Source: Amphiscolops sp. MND2022 (taxonomy: Eukaryota). From it: DNA of 64,000 nucleotides. The notes under the pieces were generated by a model. That model saw only the letters and a list, made by a program, of their open reading frames with translations, did not search any database and was not told where the DNA came from. Where the stretch lies: NCBI GenBank assembly GCA_964187785.1, contig OZ076412.1, positions 13,454,001-13,518,000 on the forward strand, read 5' to 3'. This document shows, piece after piece, positions 34,561-47,700 of this stretch (position 1 is its first letter; each line of letters starts with the position of its first letter). Made by a program: the position numbers and the translations under genes.

Positions 34561-36399
34561 TTTTCTTCCCATAAATTCATCAATATCTTTCAACACCAAC
34601 TCTTTTTAACAATCCTGATACTGACGCCTAACAAGGTGACTTACATAAATCTCTGGCTCTAATCAAGATAACTCACATTAACTTTTCGTTCAATACTTCA
34701 ATTGACTTTTCTTTCAACTTCAAAACAATTTAACCTCACCTCATAACTATGTGAAACGTTCTGATAATGATCTTATTAAAGACAAGTTTGAAAGTTTGAC
34801 TCAATTGACTCAGCATTTTAAGTGCTTCGGAGTTCAGTATATAATTCTAGGTATTCTGACACACCACTTTGTCATTCTAACAATAGTCCTCTTTTTTCAA
34901 GATTTTACCCACTTGTTGCTGACTCTCCAGAGATTAATTTTCGATAAGCTTTCAATTCGATTTTCGATCACCACCGAACACATATGACGAATCTCATTGT
35001 CGTTTTAGTTTCCTTCCCTAAGTTGAAACTCAACGCTGATTTTATTACCATACCAGACATGAATTGACGCTTCAGTGGAGATACATCATTATCCTCACGA
35101 CTGAACTTAACCGTGAATCTATTTCAGTTTCTTCCGCAAGACCATTCTACCATCATCTGGTTATTGACTTCGGTTTGCTCAGAAAGCTAATCGATCTTCT
35201 TGAACGTGAAAAGTGAACTTAAATATGAAAATTCAAACCTTATTACAATGAAAACAATATATGTTTCCATCCTGGATTCTCCTGTCACTATACGTCTGTT
35301 TATAACAGTCCTACATACACCAGCTCACCTATTTCCTCTCCTGTCTCCACCGATACATTGAATTACTCTCAATAATATTCAATCGTACATCGTCCACTTA
35401 TGAATCTTATACCTCGAACTTCATCTTTAGAAACCACTCCTACAATTACTTTACAACATACTCCTTTAACAACTCCTATTGAACTAACTCAACATAAACC
35501 TTCAACAATTCCCTTTCCTGATACTGAATTTAATTTAACCCCTTTTGATATTATAGCAACTCACTCTCCTCCTCATCCTCTTGACCATAATCCTGACTTC
35601 AGTGATATTGATCCTACACGTTTGAGTAATATCAAAAAACGCAAGCCCACCTTTTCAATCCTTATACCCACTTTCATCAGACCTCGCCGTAGACATTCTC
35701 GGCTGGACCTTCTATTCCAGCTCCGAAACCATCCTGGTAGCTTATTCTGTTCTTGAACTTTTTGAAACCATTGCTAAAATATGTTTTTCAAGTGACCTCG
35801 ACTCTACAGCTTTTCCTCTTCTTTATCCCCGTATTCCTCATCTAACTCAGCCTCTAAACATTCTATTTCTTCTTTGGACAACCTTCAAGACACCTCTTCT
35901 GAAACTACTAATCAACATCTTTTACGACATTGATATAATCTTCGATCTAATCAAAACGTAACACCTTCTCTAGCAAGTACAATTTCTAGCAATTAGTCTT
36001 TCTCCAGAAAACACGCCTAATCTTTTTCCTCAGACACTCTCTCTTCACAAGAAAAAATCGAAACCTCTGGTGTAGGTACCTCGTTTTCGCAACGTTTTCC
36101 ATTATCTCTTACAATACCTCAGGAATCATTTTTTCTCGTACCTCCTCGGAAAATCTTAGTCTACTTTCTTCTGATAGCGAACTTTTAAATGTTTCTCTCT
36201 ACGTCCATCAATATCCAATTCCTTCTACGCCTAATCGGGTTAATTATTTCCCAATTATCAACGATACCTTTTTCACTCAACATCGTTATGATCCTATTTT
36301 TTTTACCCTAAATTAAACTCCAACTAGAATATTTCAGGCAAACGTCGTCGCAAAGATCTGAAATGTCTGTTAAAAATACACAATTAGCTGGTTTCCTTT

Positions 36400-37150
36400 T
36401 AACTCAAATACGTAGTAGTTTCTCATATAGCAAGATTCCACTGCTTCCATGATAACCTTCATCACCTCTTTCCTTTACATGTTTTTGAAAAATGTTATGA
36501 CAAAATCACTGTCAACTATCTTGAAACTGTGATGTATGTTGATCCTTTTACCCGCCAAACTTTCGAACATGCAAAACAAATACGTCGAGAAAACAACCCT
36601 CAAAGTGTTATTGCTCTTGATCCCGACACCGATCAATTTTCTGTTTTAACTCCAGAAGCTCTTTAAAAAGGATCTCCTTAACTTTTTCAACCTACTGGAA
36701 TCCAAATCACTATGAACCCAAACACCTTTTTTGCCCACGATGCAGGTATTTACTCACAAAAAGAATTTAAAAAGTTTTTGAACTGTGTTTCTCTGCCAAA
36801 TATTCAGACAACCCTTACAACTTTTTTATCAAAGCTAGTATTTATGGGTTTATGTGAAAACGATCTTCCGAAATTCTCTCTGATCTTCCAAAGCAATCTC
36901 TTAGAATCAGTCTTCATGACTGTTTGTTTAATTTGACTACTTTTTGAAACCCCTGAATGGTTCACTGGTGCTTTTACTAAACTCTTCAGATATCCTTGCT
37001 ATATTTTAACTCAAGGTGGAATCTACTTCTCAATTTTCTCCGTTTTTCTTCAATTTGCTTTCATTACCTTTCTCAATTTATACCGTTCACATTCACCGTT
37101 AAAAAATTCCGAGAAAGAAACACTTTCACTTCTGCTCTTGGTTGTGGTTT
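36400..37150 (+). pseudogene. env-like / membrane protein ORF remnant
   Basis: Post-pol position. Broken frames give VMYVDPFTRQTFEHA..ENNPQSVIALDPDTD and PNTFFAHDAGIYSQKE, plus a hydrophobic C-terminal stretch. The env function is an inference. Confidence 0.45.
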
Positions 37151-40077
37151 CTGTGGAACTGTAATGAAAACAATTATGTGAGCAATGATACCCCCGCCAC
37201 CTTGCCCCTCCCCACTCCAAATCTACCATAACTACTACTACAAATAAAAATATGTATGAAACGGAGTATAAACCTAGTTTTCCAGTTTTCAAACCATATT
37301 AAGAAATCTCAAGGATAAAAAAACATCTACCATGCAAAGATCTTTACTCATAACACCTATTGTTTTTGCTAACATATCTCCACCTCATCCACCTATAACT
37401 ATTTCACAATTACCTAAAGATACTTCGCTTCCACCTCCTAATTACAATTTACATACTATTCCTCTTCTTCTGATTGTTGACAAATACCATTATTCAAATC
37501 ATTTCCCTACGCGCATACTTCCACTTCTCACGATTACATCACCTGACACTTCAACTAAAGATTCACCGGTATTCATTATATTGCAATTATCAAAATTATA
37601 TTCTCATTTTCCACCACCGTTCAAACCTAATGACATACCATTAACGTCTGCCAACCTTAAACTTTTTGAAACTCCTGAAAGCACTGTTAAACTTTCTTCC
37701 TTTTGGTGCTTTCTGCCTGAAAAGTCTATCTACTTCTCTTGCTGCAAAGTTTCTCTTCATCAAAAACAAAAAAGCGAACTTTTTAAAAAATTCAATCGTT
37801 TCTACATTGTCTAATCGTTGAATAAAAGGTATAAGATACATTATTCTTCTCAAAGTTCTGACATCGAAAAACAACCCAAAGTTTTTAACACGACCTCCCA
37901 CATAATGAAAAAGAATTGTTGTCCAGCATTGCTTTGCTGTCACCCCTTTTCCCTCTGAATACCCCATTTACAATACTCCCGAAAATGCTTCCAATTATAC
38001 TCAACTTTGCTCTTCAACTCAAACACCTAATGTTTCCATTATAGACTCTCAACATCTCTTTTCAACTCTTAGAACTCCCACTCTCCTACTCCCCCGCCTA
38101 CCATTTTTATAGTCACTATCAATATTTATACTCTGCCCTAAAAGAAAGATACAACACTTTAGATTTTCCTATTTTCATTGTTTATGGTTATCTCGCTCCT
38201 ACTTTGCACCCATGTAAAAACACATCCCAAACCAAACCTACGCCTGATGAATTTCTTCGCACTCATTCAATTTAAAGTCAATCTCCGATCTATGTTTGAC
38301 TCCTACAACGTAAAAAATTCGAATACCTCAAGACCGTAATGATGACCATTATGTAGCGTATGCTTCCTAAGCTCATGGACAACTCTCGTTTTGGCAAAAA
38401 AACGGATTCACTTCTTCTAATTCTTTTCAATTTCACCCCCAGTGTTTTCTTTTTTGAACCCATAGTTTTACTTCACCTTTCTCCTACCACGTTCACTGAA
38501 TTATCTTCACACGATTCGCACTGTACACAACTATCATCCCATCAAACATGATTATATACTGTCTCCATACCAAGATCCAACTCGTCCTCTAATCTTGTTC
38601 CTCAAGATACCCTCGATTTAAATGATGATTTTCAAATGCCCACTCAAACTCTTACCAGTGGTGCTAGCTTCTTCCCAAAAATGAACGAAGTCGTTGAAAC
38701 TCCTCTTGATGACCCTTCTCGCTCCATATACACTCTTTTTTTCATAAACACCACTCCATCGCATAACCAACTTTCAATATTGCAAACAAATACTATTCCC
38801 TCATACTAAAGAAACGTTAAGTTTTTTTCTGCCTTTACAAATACTCCTTAAGAAATACGAATTGCTTTGCCTAAACTATTGCCTCCCAATTCTACTACTC
38901 TTGACTCTCCCACAAATTCTAGTCTTATTTTCATTCAACCCTGTAATAAATCTTCATATGTTCTCCAAATTGTAAATACCAAATACCAACGTTCTCATGC
39001 CCCACTGATGAACTCATCAATGAAATTCTTACAAAATTACGTCTCAACGTTGAAATTGCACCCTATACTAATCCATTTGTAATTCTTAATCATATTTTTG
39101 ATACGTTTCGTTGTCTTCAAAAGTTTCGACTTTAAACCAACGACATCCACGCACTGACAATGTCAACTCTACATGTCCTTTATTATCTTTGAACCTTATT
39201 CGTCCCGAAACTACTACTTCTTTAACCTAAAAAGCCTAAAAACCTAATGACCCTTTTATATCTCTCTTCGCTTCAACCTCGTTATATCTATACAAAATAA
39301 CCTTCACAAAAAAGTCTCACTCGAAAATCTCAAAAATATTATTCCAGGATATTTTTTCCCAAAGTCTTTTCAGTTCTGATTAATAATATTTGGGACTACG
39401 TTGAATCTTATCAAAAATCATTTTACCTAATTTTGCTGTCTTTCGAAAGATACAAATTCCGTTACTTTCAGCATATCTCTCGAATCGAAAAGGACACACT
39501 ATAATTGGCAGGCATATATTTTCCTTGCATACTGTTTTTTACTTCTGACTACTCTTTATTTCAATATTTTCCAGACGTGTCCTTCTCAACCGTTTTAACC
39601 CATCGTACAAAAACTTGAATTCAGCCCTATTTGATGTTGTCAAAAAAATTTCAAAACTTTTATCACCTTTTATCAAAATCGTTTTCTATTTCAAAAACAA
39701 GGTTTCTTTTACTTCGACCTTCAATTTTCTCCAAGTCTGATTGCTTGAAATTTTGCAAACTGTTCATCGAAACGATTCATTTCCACATGTTTTTCACGAG
39801 AGTTCCTTGTTTGAATTGCTTCTTGCTACAACCTTAAAACAACAAAAATATATTTCTACTATTCGAAAATTTAGTCCAAAGAAATACTGTTGCTTTTATT
39901 CAGCGTTCTTTCACGGTATTTCAAAAAAATCCGGACGCCGCAAAACTTCAATTCTTTCCTCCTCCACTTCACTCACAACACTATACAACATTTTAATGAC
40001 ATTTCTTTCTTTCTTCATGCTTTTCCTCCCATAATCGTCCAGTGCTCATCCAGACACCTAAATGGCCTATGCTCCAA

Positions 40078-40440
40078 TCAATCAAAAGCTGGATCATCCA
40101 AATCTTCTTCCAATAGTTTATCCAAGTTTACTTCCACATACACTGCCACTTTGCCTCCTGTATCTTCGATGTTTCTTCGATTTTTTTTCGCGTCATGTGA
40201 AATATCATCCTCTGGAATTGCTTCATCAGGCACTTCCACTCCTCCACTTTTCCACTTTTGCCTCCAGATGCAGTTGCCACCAACACACTTCTCCAAAAAT
40301 GCCCTTCTGTGAACGAATTGACCCACAAATGCATTGTCGCAAGCCTCCTCATCTGAAACGCCATCAGTTGCCGCTGGCGAACCTGGTTCAGTAACTAAAC
40401 CTATTGGCTACTCGGCTATTCATAAACAAAGCTTTTCCAA
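40078..40440 (-). pseudogene. Antisense acidic ORF in the 3' region of element D
   Basis: PIGLVTEPGSPAATDGVSDEEACDNAFVGQFVHRRAFLEKCVGGNCIWRQKWKSGGVEVPDEAIPEDD...LLEEDLDDPAFD. Locally GC-richer than the surrounding DNA. Confidence 0.5.
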
Positions 40441-42255
40441 TTATAATATTGATTTTTTGCAATATTTGATTGAAACTTTGAGTTGTCTCAATGACCCTCT
40501 CTTTTTTACTGTAAATCTATGCTATTGATTTCCAATTGTTCAACTACGTTAACGTATCCAACTCTCTCTCAATTGAAATAATCCTACTCAGTTTTTTGCA
40601 TTTTGTATAACAATTTATTTAAAAAATCAAAAGGTAAAATTTCACAAAAATTCATGTTGTAGCTTCCTCGTAACATCAATATGTTCAATTCTGAAGCACC
40701 TTTGTAACTTTTCACAGTTTTTTTAAAGACATCTTTCACCTTTCTATCTTCATTTTAAATATGGTCTTTTCCACTTTTTCCAATACCTTACCCCTCGAAA
40801 TGAACATTTTACCCGATACTCTCTTTTTCAAATTTTTTCAACTTCACTCCTCAATAATTTCAGTTGTAAAACTGATCTGCTTCTTTTCAAGTCTTGTAGT
40901 TAAAATGCAAATGTACTCATCTCGCATCAAAATTCCTCTCAAACGACGCTTTGTGAACTCATATTGACTATTACCTATCTGTTTTTGAAATGAATGACTT
41001 TTGCACACACTGCCATTTTGCTACTGAAGCAATTCGATTCTCATTTCGTTTTAAATTGCACACAATGACGCCAAAGATGAACGCTTAAGTTGACCTGAAA
41101 ACAAATCATCTTCGTTTGTCGTCGCTTCAAGTTTGTCAACACGGCCGCGCTTCTTTGACTTTTACGCCAGTCTAATTTTTACTTCAAGTTTTCAAGTTCA
41201 TTCAAAGTCACTCTTCACCTGTCAATCATTGTTCAATTCTCTTCTCCTCACATTCGAATTCCGCTCGAAGAAGAAATATATAGAAGGAAAATCTTTCATG
41301 AAAGTTTAGTCGAAAAAGCAACTTTCTAAATGTACATGCTTATACTTTTGAAAAATATTCAGATCTCTATGCTCGCCTTACACCATCGCCAATTGACTCT
41401 AACTTCAAAATAGAATAACTTCAATCCCACGCTTATTAAATTGTCTCAAGATCGAAATTGCACATTGTCCGAACCTCACGAAATGAAAAAATAAACTCGA
41501 GATACAGTCACAACTGCAAGCTATGGAAACAATTTGAGACTACCTCCAGTTCTCTAAAATTCTAACACCGTCTCTACCTATAGTTCAACAACAACCCAAA
41601 TAATATTTCAATCCGAACTCCAAACTGTTTTAATCCCGAACTCAAAAATAGTTTTTCCTCTCAAATACCTACAAACTTTTTCTCTTTTTTCAAAACCCGG
41701 TCGGATGGTATACTTGTATAATTATCCATTCCCAACGATCCCTCCCATCCCTAGTCTGGTCGTTTAGACGCTGCTTCACTACTTTGATCTTAAATGTATC
41801 TATTTTATTTCATCACATAACTTAACTGTAAAACTCTTTTGTTTATTTGAACCTCTCTACACAACCGTGATAAAAGTCGTACCATCCAGTTGTCACAATT
41901 TCTAGACATAATGCTGCAGCTTTGTTAGCGTCTCTGAAAGTACGATCTTGAAGTAAAACTAGACGTTCTAAGATCCAACATCAAACTGATAAAACACAAG
42001 TATTTGCCTTTTCGGTTTTCGTTGTAAGTATACGAGCTTTTTTGAACATGTTTCTCACTTATCAGTTCTCAATTGCTTCGAATTCCGTCTACTAACCTGT
42101 GTCAGACTCTTGTATGGTTTTACATTGAACAATAATTTCACCGTTATCCGACGTACCTTTGTTGCTACGATAAGTGGAGAAACTGGTATACAAAACTTTT
42201 GTGTCTAGACCGCTTCATACACTAGCTCATCTTCCTCCACGGGCAAGCCGGTCCC

Positions 42256-42360
42256 GAGGAGGGGAACCGTGTTATGGGACGCTCTCTGTCCTAGATCCAG
42301 TCTGTTACTGCTAATAGGTACGGGCATCTTGCTGGACTTCAGGATCATCATCGCAGACAC
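42256..42360 (+). repeat. PPT and truncated start of the 3' LTR of element D
   Basis: GAGGAGGGGAA(ccg) followed by TGTTATGGGAC. The right end of the LTR remnant is approximate. Confidence 0.6.
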
Positions 42361-42706
42361 AGCTTCTAAAATATTTGCTGTGCCTACTGAATTACTGATT
42401 TCAAAGCACGAGTGAAAATTGTGCTAAATAATAAATAAAAGGTTCCAAACAACAGCTCTTGAGCATATTAATCGAATTACGGTTCAAATGAAAATGCAGC
42501 AAATTACGATAACATTGCCCATATGGAAGGTAAGGTAAGTATCCAATAGAAAATGTTTTTAAAACTATCCGAACTTTTAAACACCGACGTTTTTTTGGTG
42601 CAATGCGACATTTTTTAGTTGTTTCCGTTTAAATATATTTAGAGATTTCAAGATACATGTTTGGACAGTTAAATTAAAATGCTTTTGAACTCGTCCTTAT
42701 TTCTAG

Positions 42707-43042
42707 ATTCACAAGACTTGGAAGTTTTGCTGTTCAGCTACGAAGAACTTTGGATGCCAGATTTGATTGTGTTTAATGATATTGGCAAATATGACCCCTG
42801 GAAGTACAAAGACTTTCTTCCTCTGGTGGTCTGGGGGGATGGCACTGTTCAATGGGGGTTTCCAGCTCCAATGCAAACAACTTGCACAATGGATGTGACA
42901 AACTTCCCTTTCGATTCTCATGACTGTGAGATCAAAATTTACTCCAGCATTTTGAGCATCCTCTTTGACATCCAACCCGAATGTTTCGAGCAGCAAATTT
43001 TGATGGGATACTACGAAGGCTCACCTCAATGGGAAATAACAG
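42707..43042 (+). CDS. Cys-loop ligand-gated ion channel subunit, coding exon 2 (contains the Cys-loop)
   Basis: ELWMPDLIVFND and CTMDVTNFPFDSHDC (C-x13-C). Phase-1 acceptor TTTCTAG|AT at 42706/42707 and phase-1 donor ACAG|GTTCGA at 43042/43043. Confidence 0.92.
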
Positions 43043-43275
43043 GTTCGATTAGTTTTTTTGTAACCACAAGTATACCACGAGCCTCCCGTTGTTCAAAGTG
43101 GAGGTAATTCAAGGAATAGGATTTCGAGGCACGGGATAGGCCCAATCTTCCAAAAGACCCATTCTCCATTTCCAATACTTTCCTTCAATCTGTCTAGTGT
43201 TTGGGCGAGTATTTTATCACAACTATATTCTCTGTCTATTGATAAAAACTGTATAAATGTTTTCCAAAAAATTGG

Positions 43276-43400
43276 TTCTGCTACGGTACTCTGATCTAAA
43301 GAAAATGAGTCTCGGAAATCTCATTTCCTACTCACCAGAGTCAAATGACAACAGTAGAAGGGTTCGAACCAGCCAGAATAACATAAAAAGAACAAAACGA
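43276..43400. repeat. Short dispersed repeat (SINE/MITE-like), copy 1
   Basis: TTCTGCTACGGTACT(C/T)TGAT...CTCACCA...AATGA(C/T)AACAG(T/C)AGAA is shared with 61901-62020. B-box-like GGTTCGAACCC on the minus strand. Confidence 0.55.
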
Positions 43401-44282
43401 GTAACGCAAACAAGGATAGGGCGCTTAACGTGTTAACAGAGGTGGATGATCCTGCAGCAAATGGGCTTACGCCCGGTACTGGCACCAATCCGCCACAGAA
43501 CCATTTTGCCTCTCGGTAGTCGCGCCAAGTACCAAATATAGATCTTCAAACAAAGACTCATTTTGCCGGCTCTCGTCCCACAACGTATCATAAGGCCAAA
43601 ACTCATTTTAAAAACTTGGTTGTTAGCACCAAAAATGTCTTTTCCGATGTTTTCACGGTCTTTGCGACCTCTCAAGACTTCTCGTTCTCGTTGTTTCCAC
43701 TATGTCTGTTCTCGTCATCGTTCTGCGTTCAAACCTTAGACATGACGTTGAATACAACTCCACATCGTTTTGCATTCCACTGGGGTTTAAGCTGGCGATG
43801 TGGCACAGTCATCTCTTACTGATTGACCAACAAAGATGTCTTGCGTTTTGCCATCAACAGAGTCTGTATTGTCCACGTATTGTCCCTCGAGCCAGATATT
43901 AGGCACTCGAAAATGCACCGTAAAAGTGATTATATCTAATATTCTAGATCAATCTAAATGCATCATTTTGTTACTAGTGTTCACTGTTCTACACCAAATT
44001 CGGATAGGATTTCGCTAGCACTGTGTTTTGGGACGTTAAAAATTGTTTTAGGAACCTGAAGCAACCACTGTTGAAATGGAAAACAAGCGAATTTTAAACT
44101 TCCTTTAAAATGTGTGAATAACACGTGATATTGTCGGTAACGTAGTGGAACATCTTGATTTTTAATTACAGTTGCAGAAACTGCAGGGTAATCCTTCATT
44201 ACTTACCAGCGAGTGCTTACTTTGGGTGTTATAAAAAATAACGCTGTACGCAGGCATGTTAAAGCTTGTTGGGTTGTTGATC

Positions 44283-44764
44283 TTATTAGGTTGAAGATGT
44301 ACATAATAAGTTAATCAGGTTTATGCAATGACCGTTGTCTAAGATGAGATCGATCTTCTTTCAGGTACTCAGCTGAGATTTCCGATGTGGATTTACACTT
44401 TCCTTTCTTCGTTTGGTTCTATAGTGAGATAAAACCAGTCGCTTGAGAAGTCCTATTTAACTCTGATTATGAACTTACAGGGAATATGTCAAAAATATAT
44501 AACTGGCAATCCCAGATTAGATAGTTATCAGGGTATGTACTTCAGATTATCTGGAAACTACATCAGTTTAGACTACTTGGGAAATCGAAGCCTCACTAAA
44601 TAGATTAGTAAATTACCAGCTAATGAAATATCTGAAAAAAAGAAGCATCGCTAAGTAGATAAGTAGACTACAAACTTATGAAACACCTATTTTTTGAAGT
44701 TGATTTCGAATGTCAAGGTGCAAAGTAGTTTAGACTATTTGAAATAGTGTATCATGGCATCACA
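44283..44764 (-). repeat. LTR-like repeat (putative 3' LTR remnant of element E)
   Basis: The minus strand starts TGTGATGCCATGA. Roughly 70% similar by eye to 60146-60628. Confidence 0.7.
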
Positions 44765-47700
44765 ATCGACCGGTTTTTGAAACAAAGTTTATCTGCACAT
44801 TTGAGAAGTGGGTTTTTGTTCTGTAGTATATTGAGTCATGGTGTTTCCAGGTGTTATGAAAGGATGAAATTGTTCTATACTTAAGGAGTGAGAACACCCT
44901 AAAACAGTTCAGTTTTTTCTCATGGTTCGGTTCACATTGGTGCAACGTTTGAAAAGTCAGAGTGAATTGTGACTGGCAGTTTGGTTCCAGTTTTTGATTG
45001 ACAACATGTACTATCTATTATCTTTTGGGAGTTCAAAATCTTTCAAGTGTCCATTTATCAGCCTTAAAGGAAAAAATTACGAAGTATTCAACATGAGATG
45101 TTTTAAATGAACAAACTTTTAAAAGCTGAAACATTATGAAAAATAGGTTGCCATTGTGTTATGAACCAATTACGGCAGGTAGTGTACTAAAGTGAATGTA
45201 ATATGTTTCAAAGAGAACTGAATTTCAACTGAAGTGAAGGAAGGACGTTGAAAAAGTGTTTCAATCTCGGGAAATCAAAAATTGTTCGTGGTGTTCTAGG
45301 AGTATAAAGTTTTGTACTATAAGATGGGCAATACTATAAAGAACTAAAAAACGAGTGTTTTATGCACTACATAAGTTTGATGGAAGGTAACACGATTACA
45401 AAAGAATACTAGAATAATTTGGTTAGATACAAAATTGAAGATTAATTATGCCTTATTTATATCAATCAAACATTGGAGAATAATTAGGATGAAAATTTAT
45501 ACGATTGTACCAAAATACAACTAAAAATGGGGGTTACAAGAATGGATAACGTTTGAATACAGTTTGAAATATTCATGACATCGTGGAGAAGCAGTTTGAA
45601 ACATGCTAAGGTTTAAAGAGCAGTCACATGGCCAAAAATCAGCGATGAAATCTTGAAAAAGAAGATGAGAGTGATGGCGAAGGAGAGTCATGAAGATGAG
45701 TTCAATCGACCCAAGGATGGCTGTGAGAACTAGCAATGATGTGGCCATCTGAAGGAAGTTGTGAGTGGCAGAAGTGAAGTCATCTGTGGCAGAAGTGAAG
45801 TCATCGAGAGCGGCTGAACTGAAGTGAAGTGACGTCATCGGGAAGCAAATTGAAAATAGATTCTTTTGAATGAATTGGATGATGGGAAAGATGATGCATT
45901 GGGTGTTCTGAAAGATGACACTGCTCCAGAACTTGGTTAATCGCAAATTCTTTAAGGACGTTATGAAAAGTTTCTAGAGCTTCGTGTATAGAGGGGAGAA
46001 ACAAAAAATTGTTTTGTTCAGAGGAGGTAATTTCGAGAACAAAGACCTTGCTGGAAGTGGTCTCACAGATTGCGATACGGGGATCAGCAACATGAAGACG
46101 ATAGGGCGTGAGATCCGTCCGTGACAACTTTCCTTGCCAATTTTCAGGGCGAGAGTTTTGAATATTGCAGCTTTAAGGGGTATTGGCAAAAAAACTTAGA
46201 AACCGTTGTTGTCGTTTGACTAGATGTAGGAATGGTTGTCGTTTTCGGGAACGTTCTGGTAGACGATGGATGACGATGGACGAAATGGAGAGATCTGTAT
46301 GAAGGTGGAGTTGTAATGACGAAAGGACGCTAGGTAGAAATTTGGGAAGGAGGTTTGCAAGAAAAAGGAAGAACAGGAATAGGAAGAAAAGAAGTTTTTG
46401 AAAAATCGTAAACAAGTACCAATGGAGAGAATGTTTTTTGGTTCTAGTTTGTGCTTTAAGTTTAAGGTGCTACTGTTTCGTTTATTGAGTGTTTTGAAAT
46501 CAAAGTATCTTTGAGAAAGCGGCAAGTTCAGAGTGCTAAGTTAGAACAGAGAAGAGTGAAGTGTATAAAAAGAAATGAAAAAATAGTCCAAAAAATGAAT
46601 AGAGATACCTGTGAAATAAGGAAAGGTGTTTAAAAAAATACTCGAAAAACATTGTTTTGCTCGTGGAGATATAAAGGGAATTAGAAGAGTTTAAAAGCCT
46701 GCTGAAGTTTTCGAGTGTCGCTTGATTTGCTTTTGATGATTGTGTGATTCTTGGAGAGTCAAACTCTCATGACTGTGGAATTTGATTTGTGCGATCATGG
46801 CATTCGAGTATGTGTGTGAGAATAGTGAGTGAAGTATCAGAAAGGGTTCTCTCTGAATGGGTCAAGTTTGTGGATGATATCACGAAGAGTACGTCAATTA
46901 AGAACATTGTTGAGTTTGTCAGTGATGGTGAATGGTTATTGAAGATGTTGTTGTGTACTGTAATGTTCAGAGTGTTGTGAGGTTCGGTGATCAGAATGTT
47001 TTGATTTTTTTCTGATTGGACCATAAAGGAAATCATTTTATGAATAGGAGTTCTTTGTATGAACGTGCTTGTTTCGACAAAGCTATGTAACACGACTTTT
47101 CTTTGTCACCAAGAGGAGGAGAAACAAGGTGCTTAATGACAGCAAGAGGTTTGACGGCTAGAGTAGGCACATTAGAAGGAAGAAGAAAGTCATCAAAGTG
47201 TACTAAACTTTGTTGTGGAACTATGTGCGGTCGAGATGAACGATTGAGTGATAGAAGACAGAAAAATTGTTTTATAGGGTCGTAGTTTATGAATTAGCCA
47301 AATGTAGGACTGTGATCAACGGTATATTGATTGGTCAAGTTGCAGGGAGAGGTGTATTTAGATATTACAAAAATGTAACTCTGTGGTTTCTTGTGTTTGA
47401 GAAATGTTGTATAGGTGAGATGATCTTTGAGAAGCAATTAAAAAAGATGATCTTTCTCATCAGTTTTGAGAATATATATTGAATGTCGAATAAAATTGAA
47501 TTGCAGGGAGAAGATGTTCACATTGTTGTCAAGAGAGTAATGGTACAGAAATTATTTCAGAGACATTGATTGTAAATCAATCCATTTACACAATGGTGTA
47601 GCAGAAGGATTTGAGATAATGGAAATATTTTGTGAATTTGAGGAAAAGGTTTGTAAAAGAACACGGATTTTATTGGTAGGTAGTTTGCTACGGGCAATAG

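Larger units (their letters stand above)
24711..42360 (+). mobile_element. Giant degenerate Ty3/Gypsy-type element (element D): amplified leader+gag, deleted pol, env-like and extra ORFs, PPT and start of 3' LTR
   Basis: Gag, RT and integrase C-terminal remnants are collinear. PPT GAGGAGGGGAA at 42256-42266 is followed by TGTTATGGG at 42270. The strand is uniformly G-poor. Confidence 0.8.

Noticed and set aside
43085-43110. Alternative exon 2 donor (GGAG|GTAATT near 43103)
   Set aside because: It would append non-channel-like residues. The 43042 donor gives the expected WEIT-G junction and the correct phase with exon 3.
43420-43920. Coding-like minus-strand sequence
   Set aside because: Several stops in every frame and no recognisable motif. 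Probably an old TE fragment.
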